Positions 1 through 9,368 of a stretch of 64,000 nucleotides of DNA are shown here, in pieces. The stretch is from an uncultured Eubacteriales bacterium (lineage in GTDB: Bacteria; Bacillota; Clostridia; Christensenellales; Pumilibacteraceae). The stretch is from positions 3,534-67,533 of the forward strand of contig CASFAN010000002.1 of NCBI GenBank assembly GCA_949292715.1. The letters are read 5' to 3'. Within the stretch, counting starts at the first letter, position 1. Every line of letters begins with the position of its first letter. A program made the position numbers and the translations under genes. The notes below the pieces were generated by a model. That model did no database searches. It had not been told where the DNA came from and worked only from the letters and a program-made list of their open reading frames with translations.

Positions 1-1252
1 GCGTGACTCCGTCAGAACCGACCGCTCCCGCCCTGTCGATAAGGAATCTGACTGGTAGCGAATTTATGCAAACATCATGAAGAATCTGATCGAAAGCACG
101 TTGCAGAAAAGACGAGTATACGGCAAAATAAGGCTTAAAACCGCTTGCTGCAAGCCCTGCGCACATAGACACGGAATGCTGCTCCGCAATTCCCACGTCA
201 AAACATCTTTCAGGGAATTTGTTTTTGAGTTTTTCAAGCCCCGTACTCGGAAGCATAGCCGCGCTTACTCCGACGATTTTAGGATCTTTCTCCGCCAAAG
301 AACAAAGAGCGTTACCCGCAACTTCAGAAAATTTAAGAGCCGTTTCGGGTTCGCCCGTAATTCCGTGATATTTCACCGGGTCGCGTTCCGCCTCATATAA
401 CCCGCTGCCTTTACGCGTAACTACATGAACAAGTACGGGAACGTTAAGATGTTTTACCTGACTGAGGACATACACGAGTTCGCCGATATCATGACCGTCA
501 AAAGCTCCGTAATACTTGATACCGAGCTTATCGAACATTTTGTCGTTATCCACCTGTTTTTTAATCGCAAGCTTGACTTTCTCCGCAGCCTTGACAAGCG
601 TCGAACCGAGAATGGGAATTCCGTCAATACCGCGTTTAAATGTCGTTTTCAGCACCTTATAGCGTCTGCTGAGGCGCAATTTTTTAAAATACGTCGACAT
701 TGCGCCCACGTTCTTGGAAATGGACATGGTATTGTCGTTCAACACGATAAGCATGCGGGTACCCGACTCGCCTATATCGTTAAGCGCTTCGTAAGTCATT
801 CCGCCCGTAAAAGCGCCGTCTCCTATAACGGAAATAACGTTATACTTTTCGCCGGCAATATCACGCGCACGCGCCATACCGAGTCCGACAGACAAAGAAG
901 TACTGCTGTGCCCTGTGGTAAAAGCGTCGCATATGCTTTCACGCATATTTTCAAAGCCGCTCACGCCTCCGTCACAACGTAATCTTCGAAAATCGTCACG
1001 TCTGCCCGTAATTATTTTGTGAGTGTAGGACTGGTGACCTACGTCGAAAATAAATTTATCTTCAGGACAGTCGAATACGTAATGCAGAGCAATGGTAAGT
1101 TCTACCGCGCCGAGATTGGACGCGAGATGCCCGCCGTTCTTTTCCACGACTTCGACTATATATTCCCGCACCTCTTCCGCATACTCTTTAAGTTCGTGTA
1201 AAGAGAGCTTTTTAAGGTCTGCGGGTGAATTTACTTTTTCGAGATATGACAT
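1..1252 (-). CDS. dxs: 1-deoxy-D-xylulose-5-phosphate synthase, N-terminal ~417 codons (3' end lies beyond the window start)
   Basis: Absent from the ORF track because it runs off the edge. Hand translation of the minus strand from ATG 1250-1252 gives MSYLEKVNSPADLKKLSLHELKEYAEEV...DVGHQSYTHKIITGRR...VIGDGAFTGGMTYEALN...FDVGIAEQH. Plus-strand ORFs 77-400, 425-982 and 1019-1201 are its antisense shadows. Confidence 0.93.
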   Translation of the reverse strand, partial: MSYLEKVNSPADLKKLSLHELKEYAEEVREYIVEVVEKNGGHLASNLGAVELTIALHYVFDCPEDKFIFDVGHQSYTHKIITGRRDDFRRLRCDGGVSGFENMRESICDAFTTGHSSTSLSVGLGMARARDIAGEKYNVISVIGDGAFTGGMTYEALNDIGESGTRMLIVLNDNTMSISKNVGAMSTYFKKLRLSRRYKVLKTTFKRGIDGIPILGSTLVKAAEKVKLAIKKQVDNDKMFDKLGIKYYGAFDGHDIGELVYVLSQVKHLNVPVLVHVVTRKGSGLYEAERDPVKYHGITGEPETALKFSEVAGNALCSLAEKDPKIVGVSAAMLPSTGLEKLKNKFPERCFDVGIAEQHSVSMCAGLAASGFKPYFAVYSSFLQRAFDQILHDVCINSLPVRFLIDRAGAVGSDGVT

Positions 1253-1255
1253 AGA

Positions 1256-2086
1256 TTAAATCCCGTCCTTCGCTCTGAGAAGCACGGCTTTTGTAAGCTC
1301 CCCGAGAAATTCCGTATTTCCGTCCGTTTTATCGAGCGCATTCACGGCACGTTCGGTAAGCTCGTTCAGATATTTTTTTGCATTATCCTTTCCGAGAACG
1401 GACGCAAGAGAATGCTCCCCTTTTTCTATATCCTGCAGATCGTCGCAAAGCTGAAAAGCTTTGCCGAAAGAATCGGAGAAATCCAGCCACGCGGCTATAT
1501 TCTCTTTCCTGTCTGCAGCTATTGTTCCGCAGATTACTGACGCCTCGATCAGCTTACCCGTTTTAAGCAAAGTAATATTGGAAAGCAATTTCGCGTCGGG
1601 CGTTCCGCAAGAAAATTCCATTGCCTGTCCGCCCACCATTCCGCATGCGCCGGCATTGCGGGCCAGCACATAAACCGCTTCGGCATACAACGGATCCAAA
1701 GCGGCGCATTTGCCCGCAAGCTCGAACGCAAGCGTAAGCAATGCGTCACCCGCAAGCAATGCGGTAGCCTCTCCGTACACCTTGTGATTAGTCGGTCTTC
1801 CGCGTCTGACGTCATCGTTATCCATAACTGGCAAATCATCGTGGATAAGCGAATAAGTATGCACGCATTCGATCGCGGAAGCGAAACGATAATCGCTTTC
1901 ACGCGGGGTTATGCCGTAAGAACAAAGCACGGAAAGATACAGCACGGGGCGCAAACGCTTTCCTCCGCCGAGCAGGCTGTAATTCATGCTTTCCCTTAGT
2001 CTGGCAGGCACGTCCGCCGTAACAGACCGTTCAAGATATGTTTCGAAAGCACATTTAAGTTTTTTATACTCTTCGTAAAAATTCAT
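1256..2086 (-). CDS. ispA: polyprenyl (farnesyl/geranylgeranyl) diphosphate synthase
   Basis: Two Asp-rich motifs (LIHDDLPVMDNDDVRRG and FQLCDDLQD). Sits in the xseA-xseB-ispA-dxs order known from Bacillus. Confidence 0.9.
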   Translation of the reverse strand: MNFYEEYKKLKCAFETYLERSVTADVPARLRESMNYSLLGGGKRLRPVLYLSVLCSYGITPRESDYRFASAIECVHTYSLIHDDLPVMDNDDVRRGRPTNHKVYGEATALLAGDALLTLAFELAGKCAALDPLYAEAVYVLARNAGACGMVGGQAMEFSCGTPDAKLLSNITLLKTGKLIEASVICGTIAADRKENIAAWLDFSDSFGKAFQLCDDLQDIEKGEHSLASVLGKDNAKKYLNELTERAVNALDKTDGNTEFLGELTKAVLLRAKDGI

Positions 2087-2301
2087 ATTTCCTTATCCGC
2101 GTTATACGGGCTTTCGACAAGCTCATCCATTTCTTTTTTAAGTCTTGTTATTTTACCCTTGCAGGCGCCGAGTTCGGCAAGACATTCTTTGGTAAGAGTC
2201 ACGCCTTTTTCAAACAACGAAATACCCTCTTCAAGGGTAGTTCCTTCCTGCTCCAAAGATTCAATTATGTTTTCGAGTTCTTTTATCTTTTCGTCCAGCA
2301 T
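2083..2301 (-). CDS. xseB: exodeoxyribonuclease VII small subunit
   Basis: 72-aa helical protein (LEELENIIESLEQEGTTLEEGISLFEKG) directly downstream of xseA. Confidence 0.9.
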   Translation of the reverse strand: MLDEKIKELENIIESLEQEGTTLEEGISLFEKGVTLTKECLAELGACKGKITRLKKEMDELVESPYNADKEI

Positions 2302-3465
2302 TTAAATCACCTTCACTTCGAATTTACCGTCACGTACGATCGCGGTAAGCTCATCGCCTTTCGAAACGTCCTTGACCGAACATACCGAATGCCCGTTTTT
2401 AGATAACTTTACATAACCTTTTGACAGAACGGCAAGCGGACTTAATTTATCCAATGCGGACGAGTCAGCCGCAAGCCGCTGAGCGACATCGGCGGCAATA
2501 TTTTCCGTTTTTGCGCCAATCTTATTGATTATACCGCCGATTTTACGCTTTTTATCGTTAAGCATTATTTCATTAAGTGATATGACACGCATAGCACTCA
2601 ACAAAATTCGCTGTTTTTCCCTGATATAAATACGTTTAATTGCACTTTCAGCGCTACGCGCCGCATTTTCCACTGCCGACGAAAAACGCATATACGGTTC
2701 GCAAATCATATCTGCCGCAATAGAAGGCGTCCCCGCCCGCGCCGACGCGCACAAATCGCATAAGGTATAATCCGTTTCATGCCCGACCGCGCTCACAACC
2801 GGAATGCGGCTCGTTGCCACCGCGCGCGCTACCGTTTCCGTATTGTATGATTGCAGATCGGCAGCGCCGCCGCCTCCGCGGGCGACCACTATTACGTTGA
2901 CGTCGAGGCAATGTTGGTTTATATCGCGCAAAGCCTCCGCGATCGTAGCCGCGCTGTTTTCGCCCTGTACCCTTACGTCATACACGCAAAGATCCATAAA
3001 AGGATCCTTAGCCGATATAACGGAAATCATGTCGTGCAGTACGGCGCCGCCGTTACTCGTAACAAGCGCGGCTTTTCTTATAAAAGAAGGAAACGCAGGT
3101 CTGTCTGCAAAAAGTCCTTCCGCCGCCAGCTTTTTTTTCAGCTTCATAAGCTCGGCAAGCATTGCTCCGCGCTTATCCGTAACAATTACGTTTTCAGCGA
3201 TAAAAGACGTTTTACCCGACTTTTTGTGAAACGAAACGCTTCCGATAAGTACGGCCTCAACGCCGACCGTTATACCGTCCACAGCGGTAAACGCAACGCA
3301 ACTCAGAGTACAGCCGCCTTCCGACAAAGTTATAAACGTACGCGAACCGGCGATTCTGCATTCGGTGACTTCTCCCCTTACGCTTATTCCGTGCAAGACG
3401 CTTTCGTCGTCGAAAACGCCCGCAATATAAGCATTAAGTCGGGAAACGGTCAGTTCTCTTTGCAT
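2302..3465 (-). CDS. xseA: exodeoxyribonuclease VII large subunit
   Basis: 387 aa. N-terminal OB-like start [15 protein letters not shown], core [10 protein letters not shown] and [13 protein letters not shown] motifs. Confidence 0.93.
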   Translation of the reverse strand: MQRELTVSRLNAYIAGVFDDESVLHGISVRGEVTECRIAGSRTFITLSEGGCTLSCVAFTAVDGITVGVEAVLIGSVSFHKKSGKTSFIAENVIVTDKRGAMLAELMKLKKKLAAEGLFADRPAFPSFIRKAALVTSNGGAVLHDMISVISAKDPFMDLCVYDVRVQGENSAATIAEALRDINQHCLDVNVIVVARGGGGAADLQSYNTETVARAVATSRIPVVSAVGHETDYTLCDLCASARAGTPSIAADMICEPYMRFSSAVENAARSAESAIKRIYIREKQRILLSAMRVISLNEIMLNDKKRKIGGIINKIGAKTENIAADVAQRLAADSSALDKLSPLAVLSKGYVKLSKNGHSVCSVKDVSKGDELTAIVRDGKFEVKVI

Positions 3466-4298
3466 CGGAATGCAGACTCCACGGTATTTTTAAGCAACAT
3501 CGTTACAGTCATGGGACCTACTCCCCCCGGGACCGGAGTTATATACGAAGCTTTTTTGCTCACCGAAGCAAAATCAACGTCTCCGTAAAGTTTCCCTTCG
3601 TTTCTGTTCATGCCGACGTCTATTACTATTGCCCCGTCTTTTACCATATCGCCCGTGACAAACTGTTTTATACCGACTGCGGCGACAAGAATATCGGCGC
3701 GTCTGGTAAACGAAGCAAGATCGGATGTCTTCGAATGGCATATCGTAACGGTTGCGTTCTCCGCCAGCAAAAGCATTGCGCAAGGTTTGCCGACGATATT
3801 GCTGCGTCCGACAACGACAGCGTTCTTGCCTGCAATCGTCTCCCCCGTAGATTTTATAAGCTCTATTATTCCCGCAGGAGTGCAGGGTTTTGTGCAAGGC
3901 AATCCGAGCATAAGCCCGCCGGCATTAACTGCATGGAAACCGTCTGCGTCTTTTTCCGGCGTTATACGCGCGAGTATCTTCTTTTCGTTAATATGCGAAG
4001 GCAACGGCAACTGCACGAGAATACCGTCCACATCGTCCGCGTCATTAAGCGCGTCAATAAGTTCAAGCAATTCGCGCTCCGACACTTCTTCGGGAAGGTT
4101 ATAAGAAAAAGACTTAACGCCTACTTCCTCGCACGCAAGAATTTTATTGCGCACATAAACTTCGCTTGCCGGATTCGCACCGACTTTTACTACGGAAAGA
4201 CCTACTTTTCGTCCGTACTTTTTTTCAAAATCGGCAGCCCTGCCTATTAGCGTTTTCCGCACCGACGCGGATATAGCTTTACCGTCAATTATTTTCAT
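3450..4298 (-). CDS. folD: bifunctional 5,10-methylenetetrahydrofolate dehydrogenase/cyclohydrolase
   Basis: 282 aa, [10 protein letters not shown]...GILVQLPLP...[12 protein letters not shown]...[11 protein letters not shown]. Confidence 0.96.
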   Translation of the reverse strand: MKIIDGKAISASVRKTLIGRAADFEKKYGRKVGLSVVKVGANPASEVYVRNKILACEEVGVKSFSYNLPEEVSERELLELIDALNDADDVDGILVQLPLPSHINEKKILARITPEKDADGFHAVNAGGLMLGLPCTKPCTPAGIIELIKSTGETIAGKNAVVVGRSNIVGKPCAMLLLAENATVTICHSKTSDLASFTRRADILVAAVGIKQFVTGDMVKDGAIVIDVGMNRNEGKLYGDVDFASVSKKASYITPVPGGVGPMTVTMLLKNTVESAFRCKEN

Positions 4299-4696
4299 TT
4301 TGTCCCGATCTCCTTTATAACGGACGCAAGTATACCGTTTACGAAAGCATAACTTTTATCCGTAGAATATTTTTTTGCCAGCTCGGTTGCTTCGTTAGCG
4401 CTAACCGAATAAGGAATATCGTCGCGAAACAATATTTCGTATATCGCTACGGTCAATATTGCCAGATCGACTTTATATATACGGTCAAGCGCGAACCCCT
4501 GACTGTTTTTACCTATTTTATCAAATATTTCTTTTTCGTTAGCGATAATTCCGTCATAAGACGATTTCACGTATTCGATATCGCCATCGTTCATTCCGTT
4601 CGTCATAAGCGAAAGAGTAAAATCGTCGCGTCCGTTTCTGACGGTATACTCATAAACAAGTTTGAATAAAGTTTCGCGCGCTGCGGCTCTGCTCAT
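4295..4696 (-). CDS. nusB: transcription antitermination factor NusB
   Basis: Internal ATG at 4694-4696 ([17 protein letters not shown]...). The 75 upstream codons of the long ORF overlap spoIIIAH and a promoter/terminator, so they were trimmed. Confidence 0.88.
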   Translation of the reverse strand: MSRAAARETLFKLVYEYTVRNGRDDFTLSLMTNGMNDGDIEYVKSSYDGIIANEKEIFDKIGKNSQGFALDRIYKVDLAILTVAIYEILFRDDIPYSVSANEATELAKKYSTDKSYAFVNGILASVIKEIGTK

Positions 4697-4713
4697 ATAA
4701 ATTCTCCGATAGT

Positions 4714-4746
4714 TAAAAACGGATCCGACGTTATGCGCGGATCCGT
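4714..4746 (-). terminator. intrinsic-terminator-like hairpin between spoIIIAH and nusB
   Basis: Minus strand reads ACGGATCCG-cgcataacgt-CGGATCCGT followed by TTTTT. It lies about 18 nt upstream of the nusB ATG. Confidence 0.6.
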
Positions 4747-4778
4747 TATATTTTCCGAGTGCATAACTCCCGAATAAG

Positions 4779-4807
4779 AGTATAGCACAACGGACAATGA
4801 TTTTCAA
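4779..4807 (-). promoter_or_regulatory. sigma-A-like promoter (TTGAAA-17-TATACT) upstream of the nusB leader
   Basis: Minus strand TTGAAAatcattgtccgttgtgcTATACT, located just after the spoIIIAH stop. Confidence 0.45.
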
Positions 4808-4818
4808 TCTTTTTTTGC

Positions 4819-5298
4819 TTATTCCGTAGGAATAATTCTTAAATTCAAAGTACTTATTCCCGTTTCGGACACTACAATCTCTTTTATCTGAGTTGCCTGT
4901 GTACCCGTAAGTTCGCTGCACTTAACTATAACGTTAAGATTTTCAGTAGTACTCGTCACAATGGCGTCTTCGAAACCGAGCGAACGAATGAGTCCTTCAA
5001 GCACAAGTTCCGTCTCCATTTTCTCGGTAAGCTCAAGCTTTGCGGCTTCCGCTTCCGCCTTAGCTTCGGCAGACGCGGTTTCGGACGCAATTATTTCGTC
5101 GTAATAAAGCAGAGCCTGTTCGCGCGATTCCGTCCTGTAATCTCTGTAAGACGTAAAGAAATCGACGTATGTATTTTCGCCGCTTACGTTTGTCGCATTA
5201 CCCACCGTGTTATTAAGCACGATGTTGAGCACGCCGGTAAGAACCAGCAGAGCGACCATTCCGGTCAGAATGATGATCTTTTTCTTTTTACCTGTCAT
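4819..5298 (-). CDS. spoIIIAH: stage III sporulation protein AH
   Basis: 159 aa with an N-terminal membrane anchor (KKKIIILTGMVALLVLTGVL) and an Ala/Glu-rich linker. Last gene of an 8-gene block whose order and sizes match spoIIIAA-AH. Confidence 0.85.
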   Translation of the reverse strand: MTGKKKKIIILTGMVALLVLTGVLNIVLNNTVGNATNVSGENTYVDFFTSYRDYRTESREQALLYYDEIIASETASAEAKAEAEAAKLELTEKMETELVLEGLIRSLGFEDAIVTSTTENLNVIVKCSELTGTQATQIKEIVVSETGISTLNLRIIPTE

Positions 5299-5328
5299 AA
5301 TTTGGACACCCCCGAAATTAGTTACTTT

Positions 5329-5760
5329 TTAATTATCGTTACTTTTTGCCAACACGTTTATCTTATTTTCGCTTATCCCGAAATATGCCGCTACGGCAGA
5401 GATCAATTTCATTTTTACGGCAATATTGTTTCCGCCGTCGCAAATTATGATCACTCCTTCGGGCGTACTTCCGGACACCTCGTCTCCTTCGTGCTCGGGC
5501 CAGTATACAAGCACCGAAACTTCGCCTACTCCTTCTATCTGCGAAAGTTTATATTCAAGCTCTTTTACTACGTCCGCATAATAATCATACTCACCGTTTC
5601 CTCCGTTTATGCTTGCGTTTTCTGACGAAGAACAGGAACTTCCGAAATAAATAAGCAACATAAGCGCGACAGCGGTCAAAGCCACCAAAATTTCGACATG
5701 TTTCAGCTTTTTGATTTTTGCCGCTAACGCGGAAAATTTTTCTTTGACTTTATTCCACAT
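5329..5760 (-). CDS. spoIIIAG: stage III sporulation protein AG
   Basis: 143 aa with a single N-terminal TM. Seventh position of the spoIIIA block. Confidence 0.8.
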   Translation of the reverse strand: MWNKVKEKFSALAAKIKKLKHVEILVALTAVALMLLIYFGSSCSSSENASINGGNGEYDYYADVVKELEYKLSQIEGVGEVSVLVYWPEHEGDEVSGSTPEGVIIICDGGNNIAVKMKLISAVAAYFGISENKINVLAKSNDN

Positions 5761-6220
5761 AGACGTCTATCACCGCCCTGTCTGTTTCAAGATATTCCGA
5801 TGCAAGCTCTTTAATGCGTAAAATTACAACGGAACTGTCGGGGAATTCCCCTTTTACATTTACCGTCACTTGCTCCACAACCGCTTTTTCTCCGAAAACG
5901 CTTCCTTTTATAGCGCTTGAAGTATCGTATCCCGCGTCTTCAAGATGTTTATCGAGCGCTTCCGCAACGAGAGCGAAATATGCCGAATCCGTGACGTCCG
6001 CAATACCCTCGTCATATTCGGTATCGAAACCTCCGCTGCCGCACGATCCGAAATCGGTTTCGCCGCTCAGAATAACGGGCAAAGGCAATACTACCGAAAG
6101 AATGAAAACATACACGCATGCCGTTCGAACGAGCGCATGCATACGAAGTTTGCTTGTAAGATGAGTTACAAGCATTCCGATTATACCGGTACCCAATACC
6201 GAAAGCAGCCATACCGTCAT
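5750..6220 (-). CDS. spoIIIAF: stage III sporulation protein AF
   Basis: 156 aa with two N-terminal hydrophobic helices. Sixth position of the spoIIIA block. Confidence 0.8.
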   Translation of the reverse strand: MTVWLLSVLGTGIIGMLVTHLTSKLRMHALVRTACVYVFILSVVLPLPVILSGETDFGSCGSGGFDTEYDEGIADVTDSAYFALVAEALDKHLEDAGYDTSSAIKGSVFGEKAVVEQVTVNVKGEFPDSSVVILRIKELASEYLETDRAVIDVYVE

Positions 6221-7305
6221 AAGAACACGTTCCCCGCAGACATTACGATGAGAACCAGAATAAAATACAGGAAACCCGCGCCGAACATTATTCCGCCTGT
6301 AAGCGTAACGGTTTTACCCATGCCGTAAAGCATATTACTGAGCTGCTTGTTTCCCAACGGTTCTATAACCGCCGCCGCAAGTTGCAGACATAGCGAAAAG
6401 GCGGCGATTTGCACTATTGCAGGCAGTATTGTAATAATCAGCAAAACCAATGCGGTATACCCCAACGCATTTTTCACCGCAATCCCGCCCGAAACGATCA
6501 GATTAAATCCGTCAGACATGTATCCCCCTATAACGGGAACATATTTTCCTATCGTAAACTTTGCGCTGCGTATACCTATATTGTCCATCACAGACGCAGT
6601 AACCCCCTGCACTCCGAGCACGGCGGAAAGCAGAAAGAATCCCGTTCCGAACATCCATTTTACGGCATTTCTCAAAAATCCGGACATTTTTCCGAACTCA
6701 GACGAATCGCCCACGGCATTCCCCACCGCGCCGAAAACGAATGCGGTTATCAGCAAAGGAAGCAAAACATTGATTATCAGGTTAAACAGACCGCCCGTGA
6801 TTATGGCAACCGAAGGGCTGAAAACCGAAGCCGTCGTCGCTCCGCCCGTGCCCGCCATAAGAGTAAGTATAAGAGGAAATATCGCATTTATCTGGTTCGC
6901 CAGCGAAGACAATGTCTTTGCGCACATGGTAAACATCGAGATTGAGCTTACGCCGACAACGGCAAGCACCGAAGCCGTGGACGCGAATCGCACCGCTCCG
7001 CTTACGCTGTCGGAACACCTGCCGCCTTTCAAAGAACCGATTATCGAATATGCTATAGATACGGAAACAACCGTAACAAGCAGTGCGAGAAGCGAAGAAA
7101 GGCTGGTTCCGCACAAACTCAGAACAAAGGAAAAAACATCGGAAACGTCAAGACTGAACTTACCGGACAAGACCTCTCTGATCACGCTTATAAAATCGCG
7201 CGCTCCGAACAATTCGTATTGCTTGTCCGTAAATCCCGACAAAAGACCGTCCAGTCCGTTACCGATTGACCCTAATATTTCCTCTATGTACTCGTTATAG
7301 TCCAA
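6217..7305 (-). CDS. spoIIIAE: stage III sporulation protein AE
   Basis: 362-aa polytopic membrane protein. Fifth position of the block. Confidence 0.85.
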   Translation of the reverse strand: MDYNEYIEEILGSIGNGLDGLLSGFTDKQYELFGARDFISVIREVLSGKFSLDVSDVFSFVLSLCGTSLSSLLALLVTVVSVSIAYSIIGSLKGGRCSDSVSGAVRFASTASVLAVVGVSSISMFTMCAKTLSSLANQINAIFPLILTLMAGTGGATTASVFSPSVAIITGGLFNLIINVLLPLLITAFVFGAVGNAVGDSSEFGKMSGFLRNAVKWMFGTGFFLLSAVLGVQGVTASVMDNIGIRSAKFTIGKYVPVIGGYMSDGFNLIVSGGIAVKNALGYTALVLLIITILPAIVQIAAFSLCLQLAAAVIEPLGNKQLSNMLYGMGKTVTLTGGIMFGAGFLYFILVLIVMSAGNVFL

Positions 7306-7314
7306 TCCAACTCC

Positions 7315-7707
7315 CTATCCGCCGTATTCCGCAAGAGATGCGATAACTTCTATCAACTCGGCTATTACAGGTATAGTCAGGCAAAAAATCAAAATTTTAC
7401 CCGCTATGGAAATTTTATTTGCCAGCGAAGTCATTTTTGCGTCTTCCGCCGTGTCGCACGCAAATTCCACCACATATCCCGCACCGACTATTTTAAGCAT
7501 ATAAAGCACCAGATCCCCGCTTACTCCCGTGCGTTCCGCAAGTTCGGCAAGCAGTCTCGCAACGTCCGTAAAGTATTCCGCCACGCAAAGAATGACGGCA
7601 AGTCCGCCGGCTATGCCTATCGCTACCGCCACGTCGGGACGTTCGCCGCGCACTATCAGCGCAGTAAACACGGTAACTATTCCCAATCCCGCTATTTTGA
7701 ATATCAT
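7315..7707 (-). CDS. spoIIIAD: stage III sporulation protein AD
   Basis: 130-aa hydrophobic protein. Fourth position of the block. Confidence 0.85.
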   Translation of the reverse strand: MIFKIAGLGIVTVFTALIVRGERPDVAVAIGIAGGLAVILCVAEYFTDVARLLAELAERTGVSGDLVLYMLKIVGAGYVVEFACDTAEDAKMTSLANKISIAGKILIFCLTIPVIAELIEVIASLAEYGG

Positions 7708-7898
7708 CAGAAAGAACCGAACACTTCCCTGAGCGAAACAAACAGGTCGGAAAGCATGTCGACGACAAGAAGCAAAACTGTCACCAGACCGACAAGCGTA
7801 ACGAGCGTAGCAATCTCGTCTTTGTCTGATTTTTTGAGTATCTGATTTACTATCGCAGTAATCAGACCAATTGCCGCAATTTTAAATATTATATCCAT
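7707..7898 (-). CDS. spoIIIAC: stage III sporulation protein AC
   Basis: 63 aa with two hydrophobic helices. Third position of the block. Confidence 0.85.
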   Translation of the reverse strand: MDIIFKIAAIGLITAIVNQILKKSDKDEIATLVTLVGLVTVLLLVVDMLSDLFVSLREVFGSF

Positions 7899-7901
7899 AT
7901 C

Positions 7902-8384
7902 TCACCAGCAAAGTACCGAAACAAGAAGACCCGCAAGGAAACCGAGTTTTACGCTCGGACGACCGAGTTTAGCGTATTTTTCCGACGCGCGCTTACCGAA
8001 TTCTTCAAGTTTTCTACGCTTGTTTTCGGTATTTTTTCTTTCTCCGTCGCTCGAAAGTTTACCGAGTCCGGACAGAGTATCGTTTACAAGCGCATATTCG
8101 GCTTTCGTAAGGAATCCCTGAGCAAGCTCCGGCGCCGTACCGTTTCCGATGCTCTTTCTGCAAGCTTCAAGTTGATTTTTCAATAATTCCGATCCCGAAG
8201 AATGTGCCGCCATAATTTCCGGCACCGTATCCATCGAACAGTCGAGCGAACCTATAAATCCTCGAAGAAAATCATCGATATCGGCAAAATACTGCGAACG
8301 TTTTTTCAGTCTCGACCCGAACATATAACCTATAACCGCCCCGACGCAACAAAACGCAACCGTCAATATAGCTTTATCCGCCAT
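7902..8384 (-). CDS. spoIIIAB: stage III sporulation protein AB
   Basis: Start moved to ATG 8382-8384 (MADKAILTVAF...), which is preceded by GGAGGAGG. Second position of the block. Confidence 0.82.
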   Translation of the reverse strand: MADKAILTVAFCCVGAVIGYMFGSRLKKRSQYFADIDDFLRGFIGSLDCSMDTVPEIMAAHSSGSELLKNQLEACRKSIGNGTAPELAQGFLTKAEYALVNDTLSGLGKLSSDGERKNTENKRRKLEEFGKRASEKYAKLGRPSVKLGFLAGLLVSVLCW

Positions 8385-9291
8385 TACTTCCTCCTCCGCC
8401 GTCGTACGCGATAATACGCCTTCCCTTATCCGAAAAAGCAATAAAATACATAGCGGCAAAAACGCCGTAATTTTTCAGCTTAGTATAAAAAGCGCGTTTG
8501 GCAAAGCTCGCAGGGTCGGACGCGTGCGCCGACGCAATCACGGATATACCGCTTCCCACAGCTTCTCTTAGAATTTCGGCGTCTTCGTCCCCGAAAATTT
8601 CGTCCGTTACTATTACGTCCGGCCGCATTGCTCTGATTCCGCATTCTATGGCATGTTTTTTACTTCCCCCCGTATATACATCCGTTCTCGCACCCACATC
8701 CATTGAGGGCACACCGTCAGAGCAGCAGGCAATTTCACCGCGCTCATCCACTATAAGCACGTTCCTTCCCGCGTCCGACAATTGGCGTGCAATATCGCGT
8801 AAAAGAGTGGTTTTACCGCCGCCGGGCGGCGAAAGTATCAATGCAGAACAATTTTTTGCAACTATGTCAGACATAATACCGTTTGCAAAACCGCGTATCT
8901 CGTGAGGAATCCTTATATTCACAGCCGAATAATTTTTAACAGTTATTATTTTTAAATTATCCGTAATTACTTCTCCGCATATTCCCAAACGCACTCCGCC
9001 CTGCAATGTCATATAGCCGTTTTTTATATCGTCGTTATACGCATAAATAGAATGCTCGGCGGCATTTACGACGCACGAATTCAGCTCGACGGAATTTACA
9101 ACGAGACCGTGCGACAGATCTTCCGTGATTCCCCCTCGCGACAGATACCAATATTTTCCGCCGTACTGTACGGTTATCGGTTTGCCTGCGCGCATACGTA
9201 TCTCCTGCAATTTTTCCGTATTGAGATTCTCTTCGATCGCATTATAAACCGTAATCGGAAACAAGCGGCGTATTGCGGACAAGGCAAACAT
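8374..9291 (-). CDS. spoIIIAA: stage III sporulation protein AA (AAA+ ATPase)
   Basis: 305 aa with Walker A SPPGGGKTTLLRD. N-terminal LQEIRMRAGKPITVQ resembles the B. subtilis SpoIIIAA N-terminus. Confidence 0.9.
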   Translation of the reverse strand: MFALSAIRRLFPITVYNAIEENLNTEKLQEIRMRAGKPITVQYGGKYWYLSRGGITEDLSHGLVVNSVELNSCVVNAAEHSIYAYNDDIKNGYMTLQGGVRLGICGEVITDNLKIITVKNYSAVNIRIPHEIRGFANGIMSDIVAKNCSALILSPPGGGKTTLLRDIARQLSDAGRNVLIVDERGEIACCSDGVPSMDVGARTDVYTGGSKKHAIECGIRAMRPDVIVTDEIFGDEDAEILREAVGSGISVIASAHASDPASFAKRAFYTKLKNYGVFAAMYFIAFSDKGRRIIAYDGGGGSNGG

Positions 9292-9296
9292 ACCGT

Positions 9297-9325
9297 ATTA
9301 TATTTAAGGAATTAACGGCTTATGA
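9297..9325 (-). promoter_or_regulatory. possible sigma-E-type promoter of the spoIIIA operon
   Basis: Minus strand TCATAAG-14 nt-AATATAAT, compared with the sigma-E consensus (kmATAww / CATAyAmT). The -10 element ends 5 nt before the spoIIIAA ATG. Confidence 0.3.
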
Positions 9326-9368
9326 ACAAAAAGTAACACAGCGACAGTTCTCGACATAAAAAGTAACT

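Noticed and set aside
540-560. DnaA-box-like nonamer TTATCCACC (a similar TTATCCGCA lies near 14228)
   Set aside because: These are single imperfect copies inside coding sequence with no clustering and no adjacent AT-rich unwinding element. They are expected by chance.
77-1201. Three plus-strand ORFs at the left edge (77-400, 425-982, 1019-1201)
   Set aside because: The minus strand translates into a continuous Dxs N-terminal sequence from ATG 1252. The plus-strand ORFs are its antisense shadows.
4697-4921. N-terminal extensions of the ORF-track models for nusB. The same issue applies to spoIIIAB 8385-8459, rimP 22020-22097, rpsB 31654-31752, the Cys-rich gene 33132-33236, rplS 48855-48944 and minD 58067-58180
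   Set aside because: The extensions overlap upstream genes, promoters or terminators and encode non-homologous junk. Internal ATGs with good SDs give N-termini that match the families.
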